Below, piece by piece: positions 37,844 to 48,058 of a stretch of 64,000 bases of DNA. Each line of letters begins with the position of its first letter. The stretch's first letter is position 1. Under the pieces are notes generated by a model, which ran no database searches, was not told the origin of the DNA, and was given only the letters and a program-made list of their open reading frames with translations. Origin of the DNA: Armatimonadota bacterium (lineage in GTDB: Bacteria > Armatimonadota > SYMT01); NCBI GenBank assembly GCA_041690135.1, contig JAWLHY010000003.1:864001-928000 (forward strand), read 5' to 3'. The translations under genes were made by a program, and so were the position numbers.

Positions 37844-38500
37844 ATGAAGAACGCGAGGGTCTGCCCACCGTGGCGCTGGTCTGGCTATCCGGCCGCTTTC
37901 GCACTCCTCGCGTTCGGCATGGGGAGAACGGAAGCCCAGACCCGTCCCGCCCCGAAACCGGCACCCAAACCCGCACCCAAAGCCGCCCCGAAGACGCCCA
38001 CCCGGAGCACCCCCACTCCCTCCAAGGCACGTCCCGCCACTCCCGGCAAGGCGGCGCCGAAAGGAGCTGCCACCGGGAAGCCGGCTCCTGCTCCACCCGC
38101 GGTCGTGACCGCCGGGAACCTCCCGGCCACGCTCAAGACCCTCGGCTATCCGTCGAAGGCGGTGGGTCCTTACCAGCGCATCGAGGTGGTGGAAGAGAAA
38201 TACGGCTACCTGATCGACCTCAGCTTCACGAAGACCGGGGAGTGGCTGGTGTGCATGGCCCACCTGGCGCCCATCGCCGACCTCACCCAGGTCCGGGCCG
38301 CCTCCCTGCTGAACCTGCTCTCCCAGAACGACTCCCTGCTCGGGATGTACTTCAGCTACAACCGCGAGAACGCGCAGTTGATGCTGAATGCTTCCCTCCC
38401 CAGTCGCGGCCTCACCCCCACCGATCTGCAGAAGACGATCGAGGGGGTCAAGCTGACTGTTCGCCGCACCGAAGGCCTTTGGGACCTCGGAAACCCGTAA
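37844..38500 (+). CDS. Secreted protein with Pro/Lys-rich linker and YbjN/chaperone-like domain
   Basis: Signal peptide, PAPK repeats, LLNLLSQN...FSYN...LTPTDLQKTIE. Confidence 0.75.
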   Translation: MKNARVCPPWRWSGYPAAFALLAFGMGRTEAQTRPAPKPAPKPAPKAAPKTPTRSTPTPSKARPATPGKAAPKGAATGKPAPAPPAVVTAGNLPATLKTLGYPSKAVGPYQRIEVVEEKYGYLIDLSFTKTGEWLVCMAHLAPIADLTQVRAASLLNLLSQNDSLLGMYFSYNRENAQLMLNASLPSRGLTPTDLQKTIEGVKLTVRRTEGLWDLGNP

Positions 38501-38683
38501 ACGCTCAAGAGCGCGTGAACCTCCTCGGAGACCTCTGCGGCTATCCGCGTGATTGGTGGTTACGAAACGGTTCGGGCGCGCGTCTAAACGGAAGCTGCCG
38601 CAACAGGACCGCGCTTGGGTGATCCTGTTCGGGCAGGGCGCCGCTTCCGGTACGTTGGAAGCCGGGCCGTGTGAGGTGTCCGT

Positions 38684-40003
38684 ATGCGACATCGTACGGG
38701 TTACCGAGCCGTTTGGCTCATCCTCTTTTTCATTGCGTCGCCGTCAACTGGGGAGACTTCCGAGGCGAACCCGCGTCAGGCACGAAATTCGGGCAGCGTA
38801 AGCACGGCCGTACTCGAACCGGAACAGCGACAGGCATTGGAAGAAGCTCTCAGAGACGGACATGTTATGACGCCGATCGCGGCCGTCCAGAGAGTGCGGA
38901 AGTTTCTGGGGCGTCCACAAGCACCGGTACGGCTTATCCATTATGCTGATGATAGCGATTACCGCGGCGGTCGAAGTTACTCCTTCAAAGTTGCGGGATC
39001 GGCCATCAGCGGATGCCCGCATGAATGGGACATGTGGGTCTCCGCGACGCACGGGCACGTGTTCATGCTGGAATGTGAAACCTGCCGGAACCAGGATTCT
39101 TGTGCTCCACCGGTGGCTGACGAAGCGGACGCGGCGCTTATCGCCGAACGATTCCTCCGAGGGCACTGGGCGGATTTCGCCAAGAGGAAATGGACGCGAG
39201 AACACCCTTGGGGCAGATCCGATGACGGCCCATCCCATACGTTCTACTGGACGCAATTGCTCAACGGAGCTGGCACTCGGGCGGCCGATCGGGTCTCGGT
39301 GGAAATAAGGAAGAGTACCGGGCGGGTGGTGTCCTGCTGGTATCCGGAGTTACGCATCTACTGCGGAACCGTCCCCAGAGTAACGTTGGAACAGGCGCGT
39401 GTGCTCGCCGCGCCGCAAGCTCAATGGAATCCGGAAGAGGTTCCCTTCACCCGCTGCTATCCGGAGCTCTTCGAGTACGACTACGGCCTGATGGCCCTGG
39501 TGTGGCAACTGTACCAGGAGCGGATGGACCCCGTCACCGGAAAAGTCGACCGGCTCTGCGTGACAGTAGACGCCTTGCGGGGCAAATGCCATCCGCCATT
39601 TGCCGGCGTCCCCAGGGAGTGGCTTTCGGAGGCGTGGCGTCGACCGCTCCGAGAGCAAGCCGAAAAACTGCAGCGACAGCTATCTCAGGGCCAGGATTCG
39701 GAAGTGGAATTAGAGGTGCACGAGGGAATCGTGCGGTGGTGGGGCTGTTCACCCGTGATGCGGAACGGGGAAGTGTGGCTCCGCCTGGAGATCCTGCGGA
39801 GTTGGGGAGTGCGCGTCTACGAACACGCCGGCAGAATGTACCTGCAATACGGCGGCCGAAAACACCTTGTCGAGGCGGTGGGTGGGGAACTTCGGGAACA
39901 GAGTTGGTGGGTTCCTCTACGGCGTGTGGCGAAGGTGCTTGGCTGGCGAGTCGCCCGCAGCCGTTTCAGCGGCGCCTATCAGATTCTGACGCCGGAGGAC
40001 TGA
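38684..40003 (+). CDS. Hypothetical secreted protein
   Basis: Signal-like N-terminus; C-terminal WVPLRRVAKVLGW resembles the copper amine oxidase N-terminal (stalk) domain. Confidence 0.7.
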   Translation: MRHRTGYRAVWLILFFIASPSTGETSEANPRQARNSGSVSTAVLEPEQRQALEEALRDGHVMTPIAAVQRVRKFLGRPQAPVRLIHYADDSDYRGGRSYSFKVAGSAISGCPHEWDMWVSATHGHVFMLECETCRNQDSCAPPVADEADAALIAERFLRGHWADFAKRKWTREHPWGRSDDGPSHTFYWTQLLNGAGTRAADRVSVEIRKSTGRVVSCWYPELRIYCGTVPRVTLEQARVLAAPQAQWNPEEVPFTRCYPELFEYDYGLMALVWQLYQERMDPVTGKVDRLCVTVDALRGKCHPPFAGVPREWLSEAWRRPLREQAEKLQRQLSQGQDSEVELEVHEGIVRWWGCSPVMRNGEVWLRLEILRSWGVRVYEHAGRMYLQYGGRKHLVEAVGGELREQSWWVPLRRVAKVLGWRVARSRFSGAYQILTPED

Positions 40004-40150
40004 CCCCATACGCTCTTGGTTTGCCCCGTTCAGAGGATCACCGGAGGAAAATCCGAAACATCATCGCGTGTAAAGCGACCCAACTGGCAGGCGCTGGTTT
40101 CGACTCACACCGTGCCCCGTTTGTCACGCGAGAGGAAGCGGGAGTTCCCC

Positions 40151-42949
40151 ATGCGGAAGATGTTGCTGACCGCCTTGATGGCGACGTGGATCCCTGGAGG
40201 CGTCGTGCTGGCGGCAGCGGGAACCCGCAATGATGGCGCGAAACCGACCTTCGAGCGTGATGTCCGGCCGATCCTGAAGACGCACTGCTTCCAGTGCCAT
40301 GGTGAAGGCGGCAATCGCCAGGGTAACCTCGACCTTCGCCTGCGGCGCTTCATGCTCGCCGGGGGCGACTCCGGCCCGGCGATCCAGCCCGGCAAACCCA
40401 AAACCAGCCTGTTGTTGGCCCGGATCCACAGCGGCGAGATGCCGCCCGGCAACAAGAGCCACATGTCCAAAGCGGAGGTTGCGGCGATCGAGCGGTGGAT
40501 CACGGCCGGAGCGCCGACCGCCCGTCCCGAGCCGGAGACGCTGGGGCCCGCGCTGCAGATCACCCCGGAAGAGCGCGCGTTCTGGTCGTTCCAGCCGATT
40601 CGCCGCCCCACGCCCCCGGCGGTGAAAGCCTCCGGACGCGTGCGCACGCCGATCGACGCCTTTTTGCTGGCGCGCCTCGAAAAGGAGGGGCTGACCTTCT
40701 CTCCGGAGGCGGACCGCGCAACCCTGATCCGGCGGGCCACCTTCGACCTGCTGGGGCTGCCACCCTCGCCCGCGGAGGTGGATGCATTTGTCGCCGACCG
40801 CCGGCCCGATGCCTACGAGCGGCTCATCGACACGCTGCTCGCGTCGCCGCGCTACGGGGAGCGTTGGGGGCGCCACTGGCTCGACGTGGCGGGATATGCT
40901 GACTCCGAAGGCTACAACGAGGCCGACACCCCCCGCGCCGATGCCTACCCGTACCGCGACTACGTGATCCGCTCGTTCAACGCCGACAAGCCATTCGATC
41001 AGTTCATCCGCGAGCAACTGGCCGGCGATGAAATGGTGACGCCTCCCTACCGGAATCTGACTCCAGACGCCGTGGAGAAGCTCACCGCCACCGGGTTTCT
41101 GCGGATGGCCCCGGACGGGACCGGCAGCCGCAACGATGACCCGGAGTTGGCCCGGAACGCAGTGGTGACCGAGACCGTGAAGATCGTCTCCAGCTCGCTG
41201 TTGGGCCTGACGGTCGGCTGCGCGGAGTGCCACGACCACCGGTACGATCCGATCCTGCAGAAAGACTTCTACCGGATGCGCGCGCTGTTCGAGCCCGCCC
41301 TGGACTGGAAGCAGTGGCGCGAGCCCCGCAAGCGCCAGATTCTGCTGCTGACCGATGCACAGCAGGCTGAAGCGAAGCGCCTGGAGGCGGAAGCGGTGCG
41401 GGTGGAGGCAGAGCTGAAGCCCCAGTTCGAAGAGTTCCGGAAGTGGGTGTTCGAGCGCGAGGTGGAGCAGATTCCGGAGACGATCCGCGAGACGGCGCGC
41501 GCGGCGGGGCTCGCCTGGCAGGCGGACCGGAAGAAGGTGACGCCCGAGCAGACGAAACTACTGGATCAGTATCCGGGGCTCAAGGTGACCGCCTCTCCCC
41601 AGATTCTCAATCTGTTCCTGGCCAAGTATGACCGCGCGGAAGACCTTCAGAAGGTGATCCAGGCGAATAAGCAGAAAGCCGATGCCATTCGTGCCCGCAA
41701 GCCCCGGGAAGAGTTCATCCGGGCGCTCACCGAGATCCCCGGCCACATTCCGACCACCTACCTTTTCCAGCGGGGGGATCGGAACACCCCGGGGGAAGCG
41801 GTCGGGCCGGGCGATCTGAACGTCCTGGCCGACCCGCCGCTCGATTTCCCCGCGGATGATCCCGCGGTGCCCACGACCGGTCGCCGGCTGGCGTTCGCCC
41901 GGCGCTTGACGGATGGATCGCACCCACTGCTGGCCCGGGTCTTGGTGAACCGCTTCTGGATGCATCACTTCGGGCGCGGCATCGTCACCACCCCCGGCGA
42001 CTTCGGTACCCAGGGGAGCCGGCCCACGCACCCGGAACTCCTCGACTGGCTCGCTAGCTCCTTCGTCGCAGGGGCCGGGGATAAGGGGCCGGGGGCTGGT
42101 AAGACGGGACAATTGGCAATTGACAGTGGTCAATTGTCAATTGTCAATTCCGGACTCCCGTCCGGTTCCGGGCCCCAACCCCCGACCTCCGGTTCCGCCG
42201 AAGGCCTGGGCTGGAGCCTCAAGAAGCTTCACCGCCTGATCATGACCTCCACGGTCTACCGGCAAGTCTCCACCCAGAATGAGCGGGGCAACCGCGTGGA
42301 TGCGGACAACACCCTGTACTGGCGCATGCCCGTGCGGCGTTTGGAGGCGGAAGCGATCCGTGATGCGGCGCTGGCCGTGAGCGGCAAGTTGAACCTGACG
42401 ATGTTCGGGCCGCCGGTGCCGGTCGTCCTTGATGACACCAGCCAGGCGGTCGTGGGTGGCGCCGCGCCCTCCAAAGACGGAGCCGAGTTCCGGCGGAGCG
42501 TCTATGTGCAGGTGCGGCGGACGCAGCCGGCCTACTTGCTGGAGGTGTTCGACGCGCCGCAACTCGAGCCGAACTGCGAGGCGCGGACTGTGTCGACGGT
42601 CCCGCAGCAGTCGCTGGTGATGCTGAACAATGCGTTCCTGCTCCAGCAGGCGGAGCACTTCGCGCGGCGCGTCCGGCAGGAGGCCGGTCCGGACCGCGCG
42701 GCGCAGGTCCGTCACGCGTGGCGCCTGGCCTTCTCCAAAGGACCGGCGGAAGCCCAGGTAACCCAGCTTACTGATTACCTCCAGGCTCAAACGCAGCTCC
42801 AGGCGGCGCGCATCGGCTCGGCGGCAAAGGAACGCAGCCAGGATAAAGCGGGCCAGGAACAGAAGGAAGCGGGCGATCCGGAGCTATCGGCGCTGGCAAG
42901 TCTCTGCCAGGTGCTGCTGAGCGCCAACCCCTTCCTATACGTGGATTGA
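40151..42949 (+). CDS. Planctomycete cytochrome c / DUF1549 / DUF1553 (PSD1) protein
   Basis: CFQCH and CAECHDH heme motifs, YGERWGRHWLDVAGYADS, GSRPTHPELLDWLA, RRLEAEAIRD. Confidence 0.95.
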   Translation: MRKMLLTALMATWIPGGVVLAAAGTRNDGAKPTFERDVRPILKTHCFQCHGEGGNRQGNLDLRLRRFMLAGGDSGPAIQPGKPKTSLLLARIHSGEMPPGNKSHMSKAEVAAIERWITAGAPTARPEPETLGPALQITPEERAFWSFQPIRRPTPPAVKASGRVRTPIDAFLLARLEKEGLTFSPEADRATLIRRATFDLLGLPPSPAEVDAFVADRRPDAYERLIDTLLASPRYGERWGRHWLDVAGYADSEGYNEADTPRADAYPYRDYVIRSFNADKPFDQFIREQLAGDEMVTPPYRNLTPDAVEKLTATGFLRMAPDGTGSRNDDPELARNAVVTETVKIVSSSLLGLTVGCAECHDHRYDPILQKDFYRMRALFEPALDWKQWREPRKRQILLLTDAQQAEAKRLEAEAVRVEAELKPQFEEFRKWVFEREVEQIPETIRETARAAGLAWQADRKKVTPEQTKLLDQYPGLKVTASPQILNLFLAKYDRAEDLQKVIQANKQKADAIRARKPREEFIRALTEIPGHIPTTYLFQRGDRNTPGEAVGPGDLNVLADPPLDFPADDPAVPTTGRRLAFARRLTDGSHPLLARVLVNRFWMHHFGRGIVTTPGDFGTQGSRPTHPELLDWLASSFVAGAGDKGPGAGKTGQLAIDSGQLSIVNSGLPSGSGPQPPTSGSAEGLGWSLKKLHRLIMTSTVYRQVSTQNERGNRVDADNTLYWRMPVRRLEAEAIRDAALAVSGKLNLTMFGPPVPVVLDDTSQAVVGGAAPSKDGAEFRRSVYVQVRRTQPAYLLEVFDAPQLEPNCEARTVSTVPQQSLVMLNNAFLLQQAEHFARRVRQEAGPDRAAQVRHAWRLAFSKGPAEAQVTQLTDYLQAQTQLQAARIGSAAKERSQDKAGQEQKEAGDPELSALASLCQVLLSANPFLYVD
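42071..42196. repeat. Nested inverted heptamer repeats inserted in frame in the DUF1553 domain
   Basis: GGGGCCGGGG x2 ... AATTGGCAATTGACAGTGG / CAATTGTCAATTGTCAATT ... GGCCCCAACCCCCGACCTCC. Confidence 0.75.
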
Positions 42950-43015
42950 GCCGGACGGGGTTGTGCCGGGTTCCCCTAAATCCCCCTTTGAAGTAACACA
43001 GCGAAGGTCTCTCTA

Positions 43016-44485
43016 ATGGCAAGTCATCCCAAACACTCCGGTTGCTCCGGATCGCCGGTCTGCGCGAGCCGCCGCCACTTCCTGGGGTCCGGCCTGATGG
43101 GCCTGGGTTCGGTCGCACTGGCGACGCTGTTGCAGCAAGACGGCCTCCTGGCCGCCCCCGAAAAGCCGCCGCTGGAGCCGGTGACCTACGACCTCAAGCC
43201 GAAGCCTGCCCATCACCCGGCACGGGCCAACGCTGTGATCTCACTCTTCATGGGGGGCGGTCCCAGCCACCTGGACCTGTTCGATCCGAAGCCGCTGCTG
43301 GACAAGTACGACGGGCAGATCTTCCCCGGCGGGGAGATCAAATTCGACAATGCCGGTGGCGCCTCGAAAGCGGTGATGCGCAGCCCGTTCCGGTTCCAGA
43401 AGCATGGACAGTCCGGTATCGAACTCTCGGAACTATTGCCCCACACGGCCCAGATCGTCGATGACATCACCCTGGTCCGTTCGATGAACCTGGGCGGCAT
43501 CCGCAACCATGTGGCCGGGATGCAGGCGATGACGTTCGGCCGAAACGACCCGACCCGGCCCTCGCTCGGAAGCTGGATCACCTATGGGCTCGGCAGCGAA
43601 ACCCAGGACTTGCCCTCTTACGTGGCGCTGGTGGTGGACAAGCCGCCGGGGAGCCCTTACTGGTCGAGCGGGTTCCTTCCGTCGATCTTCCAGGGAACGC
43701 AGGTTCGCCAGCAGGAGCCGCGGATGGTGAACCTGGCTCCGCCGCCGCACCTGAAGGGGCAGCCGCAGTCGCTGCAGCTCTCACTCCTGCAGCAGATCAA
43801 CCGGCAGCACCTGGAGCAGCACCCGGGCGAGCACGACCTGGCGGCGCGGATCGCCAGCTACGCGCTGGCGGCGCGGATGCAGACCGGCGCCCTGGATGCA
43901 CTCGACATCTCGAAGGAGTCCGAGGCCACGCGCAGGCTGTACGGGCTGGATAACGAGACCACCCGCCCGTTCGGTGAGGCCTGCCTGATCGCACGCCGCC
44001 TCGTGGAGCGTGGTGTTCGCTTCGTGCAGCTCTGGTATTACGAATGGGACATGCACGAGCAGATCAACAAGCTACTCGTGACAAAGTGCGCTCGGACCGA
44101 CCAGCCCTCCGCCGCCCTGGTGAAGGACCTGAAACAGCGCGGCATGCTGGACACCACCCTGGTGCACTGGGGGGGAGAAATGGGCCGGTTGCCCGTGGTG
44201 CAGCGCCGTGGCACGGACGTCTCCAACGCCGGCCGCGACCACAACACGGACGGCTTCAGCATGTGGCTGGCGGGCGGTGGCGTAAAGAGCGGCCACATCC
44301 ACGGCGCCACGGACGAGTTCGGCCTGCACGCAGTCGAGGGGATCGTTCACCACTACGATTACCTCGCTACGGTGATGCACCTGCTGGGCCTGGACTGCAA
44401 CCGTTTGACGTACAAACGCAACGGGTTGGAGGAGAACATTCTCGACGGTCAGCCCGGGAAGGTCGTCGACGGCATACTGGCGTAG
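43016..44485 (+). CDS. DUF1501 domain protein (Tat-like signal)
   Basis: SRRHFL, FMGGGPSHLDLFDPKP, ARRLVERGVRFVQ, GRDHN. Confidence 0.95.
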   Translation: MASHPKHSGCSGSPVCASRRHFLGSGLMGLGSVALATLLQQDGLLAAPEKPPLEPVTYDLKPKPAHHPARANAVISLFMGGGPSHLDLFDPKPLLDKYDGQIFPGGEIKFDNAGGASKAVMRSPFRFQKHGQSGIELSELLPHTAQIVDDITLVRSMNLGGIRNHVAGMQAMTFGRNDPTRPSLGSWITYGLGSETQDLPSYVALVVDKPPGSPYWSSGFLPSIFQGTQVRQQEPRMVNLAPPPHLKGQPQSLQLSLLQQINRQHLEQHPGEHDLAARIASYALAARMQTGALDALDISKESEATRRLYGLDNETTRPFGEACLIARRLVERGVRFVQLWYYEWDMHEQINKLLVTKCARTDQPSAALVKDLKQRGMLDTTLVHWGGEMGRLPVVQRRGTDVSNAGRDHNTDGFSMWLAGGGVKSGHIHGATDEFGLHAVEGIVHHYDYLATVMHLLGLDCNRLTYKRNGLEENILDGQPGKVVDGILA

Positions 44486-44570
44486 TTGGGGCCGGCGTAC
44501 GCGGCTTTACGAGGGGACATTCTTATCCGCGGCGAACCTCCTCCCAGGTGACTCTTCGAGGAGGTGCGAG

Positions 44571-46826
44571 ATGCGAACGCCACTGAGTGCTGCCGTCCTG
44601 GCCCTGGGTGTGGGTTGTTTTGCCGCTGGAGAACGCCTGCGCGCCGCGGAAGTGGAGTTCCAGCCGTTGGCGGCGCAGGCGGTTCGACTCGTCGAGACGC
44701 TGGACTTCCTGGGGGCGCCGCTCGCGCCCACCGACCGGCAGGCAGTGCTGGAGGCGGCGAAGGGAGCGGACCCGGCGAAAGGTACGGCGGTCATCGAACG
44801 GGTGCTGGACCGCTACGCCCTCTTCGAAGTCCAGATCAACCCGGAGAGCCGGGTCAAGGTAGCGGTGGGCCAGGCGAAACCGGAACTGGTGGAGCAGGGC
44901 TGGCGCACCTTCCTGGTCAAGGTGAACAACGAAGCGGGCGTGACGGCGCCGCTGCAGGTAGTCAGCCCCAACGCCGGTAGTCTCCACAACTCCCCGAAGG
45001 AAGACCTGCCGCACCGCTGGCTCGACCTCTTGCAGTACACGTCCCAGCCGATGCGCGCGCCGCTCTCCGGGCTGGAGTTGGAGTACCGGGTCCTCTCTCT
45101 CTACAGCCGCGACGCCGGCAAGCGCGAGGCCAAGGTCGCCTTCAACGTGGGGCAGGGGACGCAGGATATTGGGTTCCGCAACGACGCCGACGTCCTGTTC
45201 ACCGTGCGCCCCTCCACCCCCGTCACCCTGCGCGTGCGGGACGTGGACGGCAAACCCACCACCGCCGGCTTCGTGATCCGCGACGGCGCGGGCCGGGTCT
45301 ATCCTTCGCAGACCAAGCGTCTCGCACCGGACTTCGCCTTTCACCCACAGGTTTACCGGGCCGACGGGGAGACCGTGAAACTGCCGCCGGGCAACTACCA
45401 GGTCGAGTGCACGCGAGGCCCGGAGTACCGGGTGCTCCGGCGGGAGATCCGGGTGCCAGCAGCCACCGCACACGAGGAACGGTTCCAGCTCACCCGGTGG
45501 ATCGATCCCGCGAAGGGCGGCTGGTATTCCGGCGATCATCACATCCACGCGGCCGGATGCGCGCACTACACCAGCCCCACGGAAGGAGTCCACGCTCCCG
45601 ACATGATGCGGCATTGCCTGGGTGAGGATCTGAAGGTTGGCTGTAACCTGACGTGGGGCCCATGCTTCGACTACCAGAAGCAGTTCTTTACGGGGAAGGT
45701 GGATCCGGTCTCGCAGTACCCGTACCTGCTGCGGTACGACGTGGAGGTCTCCGGCTTCGGCTCCCATCAGAGCGGCCACCTCTGCCTGCTCCGGCTCAAG
45801 AACCAGATCTATCCCGGCGGAGAGTCCAAAGACCACTGGCCGACTCTTTGTCTCAATACCCTCCGCTGGGCCAAGCGGCAGGGCGCGGTGTGTGGTCCCG
45901 CTCACTCCGGCTGGGGGCTGGAAGTGAAGACCGACCAGCTTCCGAACTATGAGATCCCGCCCTTCAACGGCATCGGGGCCAACGAGTACATCGTGGACGT
46001 GACCCACGACGTGGAAGGCCCGGACGGGAAGCCGGTACCTGCCGTCGATTTCGTTTCCACGGTCGATACGCCTTACGTCTGGGAGTTGAACATCTGGTAT
46101 CACACCCTCAACTGCGGCTATCGCACGCGGATCAGCGGGGAGACGGACTTTCCCTGCATCTACGGGGAGCGCGTGGGGCTCGGCCGGTCCTACGTGAAGC
46201 TGGATGGCAAACTCGACTTCGACCGGTGGGTTGAAGGGATCCGCAAGGGGCGCAATTACGTTTCCGATGGTCTCAGCCACCTGATGGATTTCCGGGTGGA
46301 GCAGACCCCGGTGGGGGAGAAGGAGAGCGAAGTTCGCCTGAAACGGGCCCGCCCGGTGCGGATCTCCGCGAAGGTGGCCGCCCTCCTGCCGGAACAGCCG
46401 GACCCTGGCCTGAAGAACCGTCCCTATCAGCAAAAGCCGTACTGGCATCTGGAGCGGGCGCGGATCGGCACCGGGCGGGAAGTCCCGGTGGAGGTGATCG
46501 TCAACGGCTACCCCGTGGCCCGGAAGACGGTTCCCGCCGACGGGACGACTCGCAGCGTGACTTTCGAGGTACCGATCAGCCGCAGCAGTTGGGTCGCGCT
46601 CCGGGTCCTGCCCTCGTCGCACACGAACCCGGTCTTCGTGCTGGTGGGCGATCAACCGATCCGTGCCTCCCGCCGCAGCGCGGAGTGGTGCCTGAAGAGC
46701 GTAGACCAGTGCTGGTCGCAGAAGCAGCGGTTCATCAAGCCGCAGGAGATGGACCAGGCCCGCGCCGCCTACGACCACGCCCGCCAGGCGTACCGGAGGA
46801 TCCTGGACGAGAGTGGAGCGGAGTAA
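44571..46826 (+). CDS. CehA/McbA family secreted metallohydrolase
   Basis: GWYSGDHHIHAAGC, WYHTLNCG, SGETDFPC, SHTNPVFV. Confidence 0.88.
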   Translation: MRTPLSAAVLALGVGCFAAGERLRAAEVEFQPLAAQAVRLVETLDFLGAPLAPTDRQAVLEAAKGADPAKGTAVIERVLDRYALFEVQINPESRVKVAVGQAKPELVEQGWRTFLVKVNNEAGVTAPLQVVSPNAGSLHNSPKEDLPHRWLDLLQYTSQPMRAPLSGLELEYRVLSLYSRDAGKREAKVAFNVGQGTQDIGFRNDADVLFTVRPSTPVTLRVRDVDGKPTTAGFVIRDGAGRVYPSQTKRLAPDFAFHPQVYRADGETVKLPPGNYQVECTRGPEYRVLRREIRVPAATAHEERFQLTRWIDPAKGGWYSGDHHIHAAGCAHYTSPTEGVHAPDMMRHCLGEDLKVGCNLTWGPCFDYQKQFFTGKVDPVSQYPYLLRYDVEVSGFGSHQSGHLCLLRLKNQIYPGGESKDHWPTLCLNTLRWAKRQGAVCGPAHSGWGLEVKTDQLPNYEIPPFNGIGANEYIVDVTHDVEGPDGKPVPAVDFVSTVDTPYVWELNIWYHTLNCGYRTRISGETDFPCIYGERVGLGRSYVKLDGKLDFDRWVEGIRKGRNYVSDGLSHLMDFRVEQTPVGEKESEVRLKRARPVRISAKVAALLPEQPDPGLKNRPYQQKPYWHLERARIGTGREVPVEVIVNGYPVARKTVPADGTTRSVTFEVPISRSSWVALRVLPSSHTNPVFVLVGDQPIRASRRSAEWCLKSVDQCWSQKQRFIKPQEMDQARAAYDHARQAYRRILDESGAE

Positions 46827-46853
46827 GGCTTCCAGACACTAGCGACCTCTACT

Positions 46854-47900
46854 ATGGCGAGAAGACCCCGGCAACCGGCTGACGACTACGACAATCCCTG
46901 GAAGGAGGTCATCGAGCGCTTCTTTCCGGCGTTCGTAGAGTTCTTCTTTCCGCACGTCCACGCGGATATCGACTGGTCACGCAGTTACGAGTTCCTCGAC
47001 AAGGAGCTCATGAAGGTCATCCGGGACGCCCGGAGCCGCAAGCGTCACGTCGATAAGCTGGTCAAGGTGTGGCGCAAATCCGGAGCAGATGCCTGGGTGC
47101 TCACCCACCTCGAGGTGCAGGGCCAGGGCGAAGACGAGTTCCCGGAGCGGATGTACATCTACAACTACCGCCTCTACGACCGGTACCGCCGACCGATTGC
47201 CAGCTTCGCCGTGCTTGCGGACCCCAATCCGGAGTGGCGGCCGGATCGTTTCAGCTACGATTTGTGGGGGTGTAAGCCTGGGCTGGTCTTCCCGGTGGTT
47301 AAGCTGACCGACTTCGTTTCCAGGTGGGCAGAGCTGGAAAGCAGCCGGAATCCGTTCGCCTCCGTAGTGATGGCGCACCTGAAGACACAGGAGACCCAAA
47401 GGGCTCCCGAAGAGAGGCTGACCTGGAAGTTGCGCATCGTGCGGAGGCTATACGACCGCGGCTACTCCCGACAGGATGTCCTCGAACTATTCCGTATCAT
47501 CGATTGGATGATGCAGCTTCCGGAAGGCCTTGACCAAGCCTTTCATCATTCGCTACAACAGTACGAAGAGGAGAAGGCCATGCCGTACGTCACCAGCATT
47601 GAGCGAATTGGGATCGAAAAGGGGTTACAGGAAGGGATTGAGATTGGGCGCGAGGAAGGGCGCGAGGAAGGGCGCGAGGAAGGGCGCGAGGAAGGCTTGG
47701 AGGAGGGCGAAGTTCTCGGACTGCGCAAAGCAGTCAGTGGTGCGCTCCTGGTCAAGTTCAATCGGGTCCCCGAGGACGTTCAGGCTGCTCTGGAGGCGAT
47801 CTCCGAAGCCGGCGTGCTCGTTCGCCTGGTCTCCGCCGTCATTCAGTCCGAGACGCTCGATGAGTTTCAGCAGCATCTTCCGCGCCAAGGGAACTCTTAG
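46854..47900 (+). CDS. Rpn-like (recombination-promoting nuclease / transposase_31) PD-(D/E)XK protein
   Basis: DYDNPWKE, FLDKEL, VDKLVKV, HLEVQ, ERMYIYNYR, IDWMMQLP, MPYVTSIER, GREE repeats. Confidence 0.88.
   Translation: MARRPRQPADDYDNPWKEVIERFFPAFVEFFFPHVHADIDWSRSYEFLDKELMKVIRDARSRKRHVDKLVKVWRKSGADAWVLTHLEVQGQGEDEFPERMYIYNYRLYDRYRRPIASFAVLADPNPEWRPDRFSYDLWGCKPGLVFPVVKLTDFVSRWAELESSRNPFASVVMAHLKTQETQRAPEERLTWKLRIVRRLYDRGYSRQDVLELFRIIDWMMQLPEGLDQAFHHSLQQYEEEKAMPYVTSIERIGIEKGLQEGIEIGREEGREEGREEGREEGLEEGEVLGLRKAVSGALLVKFNRVPEDVQAALEAISEAGVLVRLVSAVIQSETLDEFQQHLPRQGNS
47646..47693 (+). repeat. 12-bp tandem repeat x4 (GGGCGCGAGGAA, encodes GREE)
   Basis: Seen directly within the Rpn C-terminal region. 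Confidence 0.9.
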
Positions 47901-47922
47901 GATCGGCCGGTAGTCGAACAGT

Positions 47923-47951
47923 TTGACACCCCCTCCGGCCCGGAATATAGT
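47923..47951 (+). promoter_or_regulatory. Sigma70-type promoter
   Basis: TTGACA-17 nt-TATAGT upstream of the 48059 gene. Confidence 0.75.
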
Positions 47952-48058
47952 TAAGCTGAGTAGGCAGCCCTCTTCATTTCCCAGGTCGGAAGGGTGGCTT
48001 CAGCCCGATCCTCCGAAAGCGGATGCGCGCGGGCAACCAACCAAGGGAGAGCACCCCG

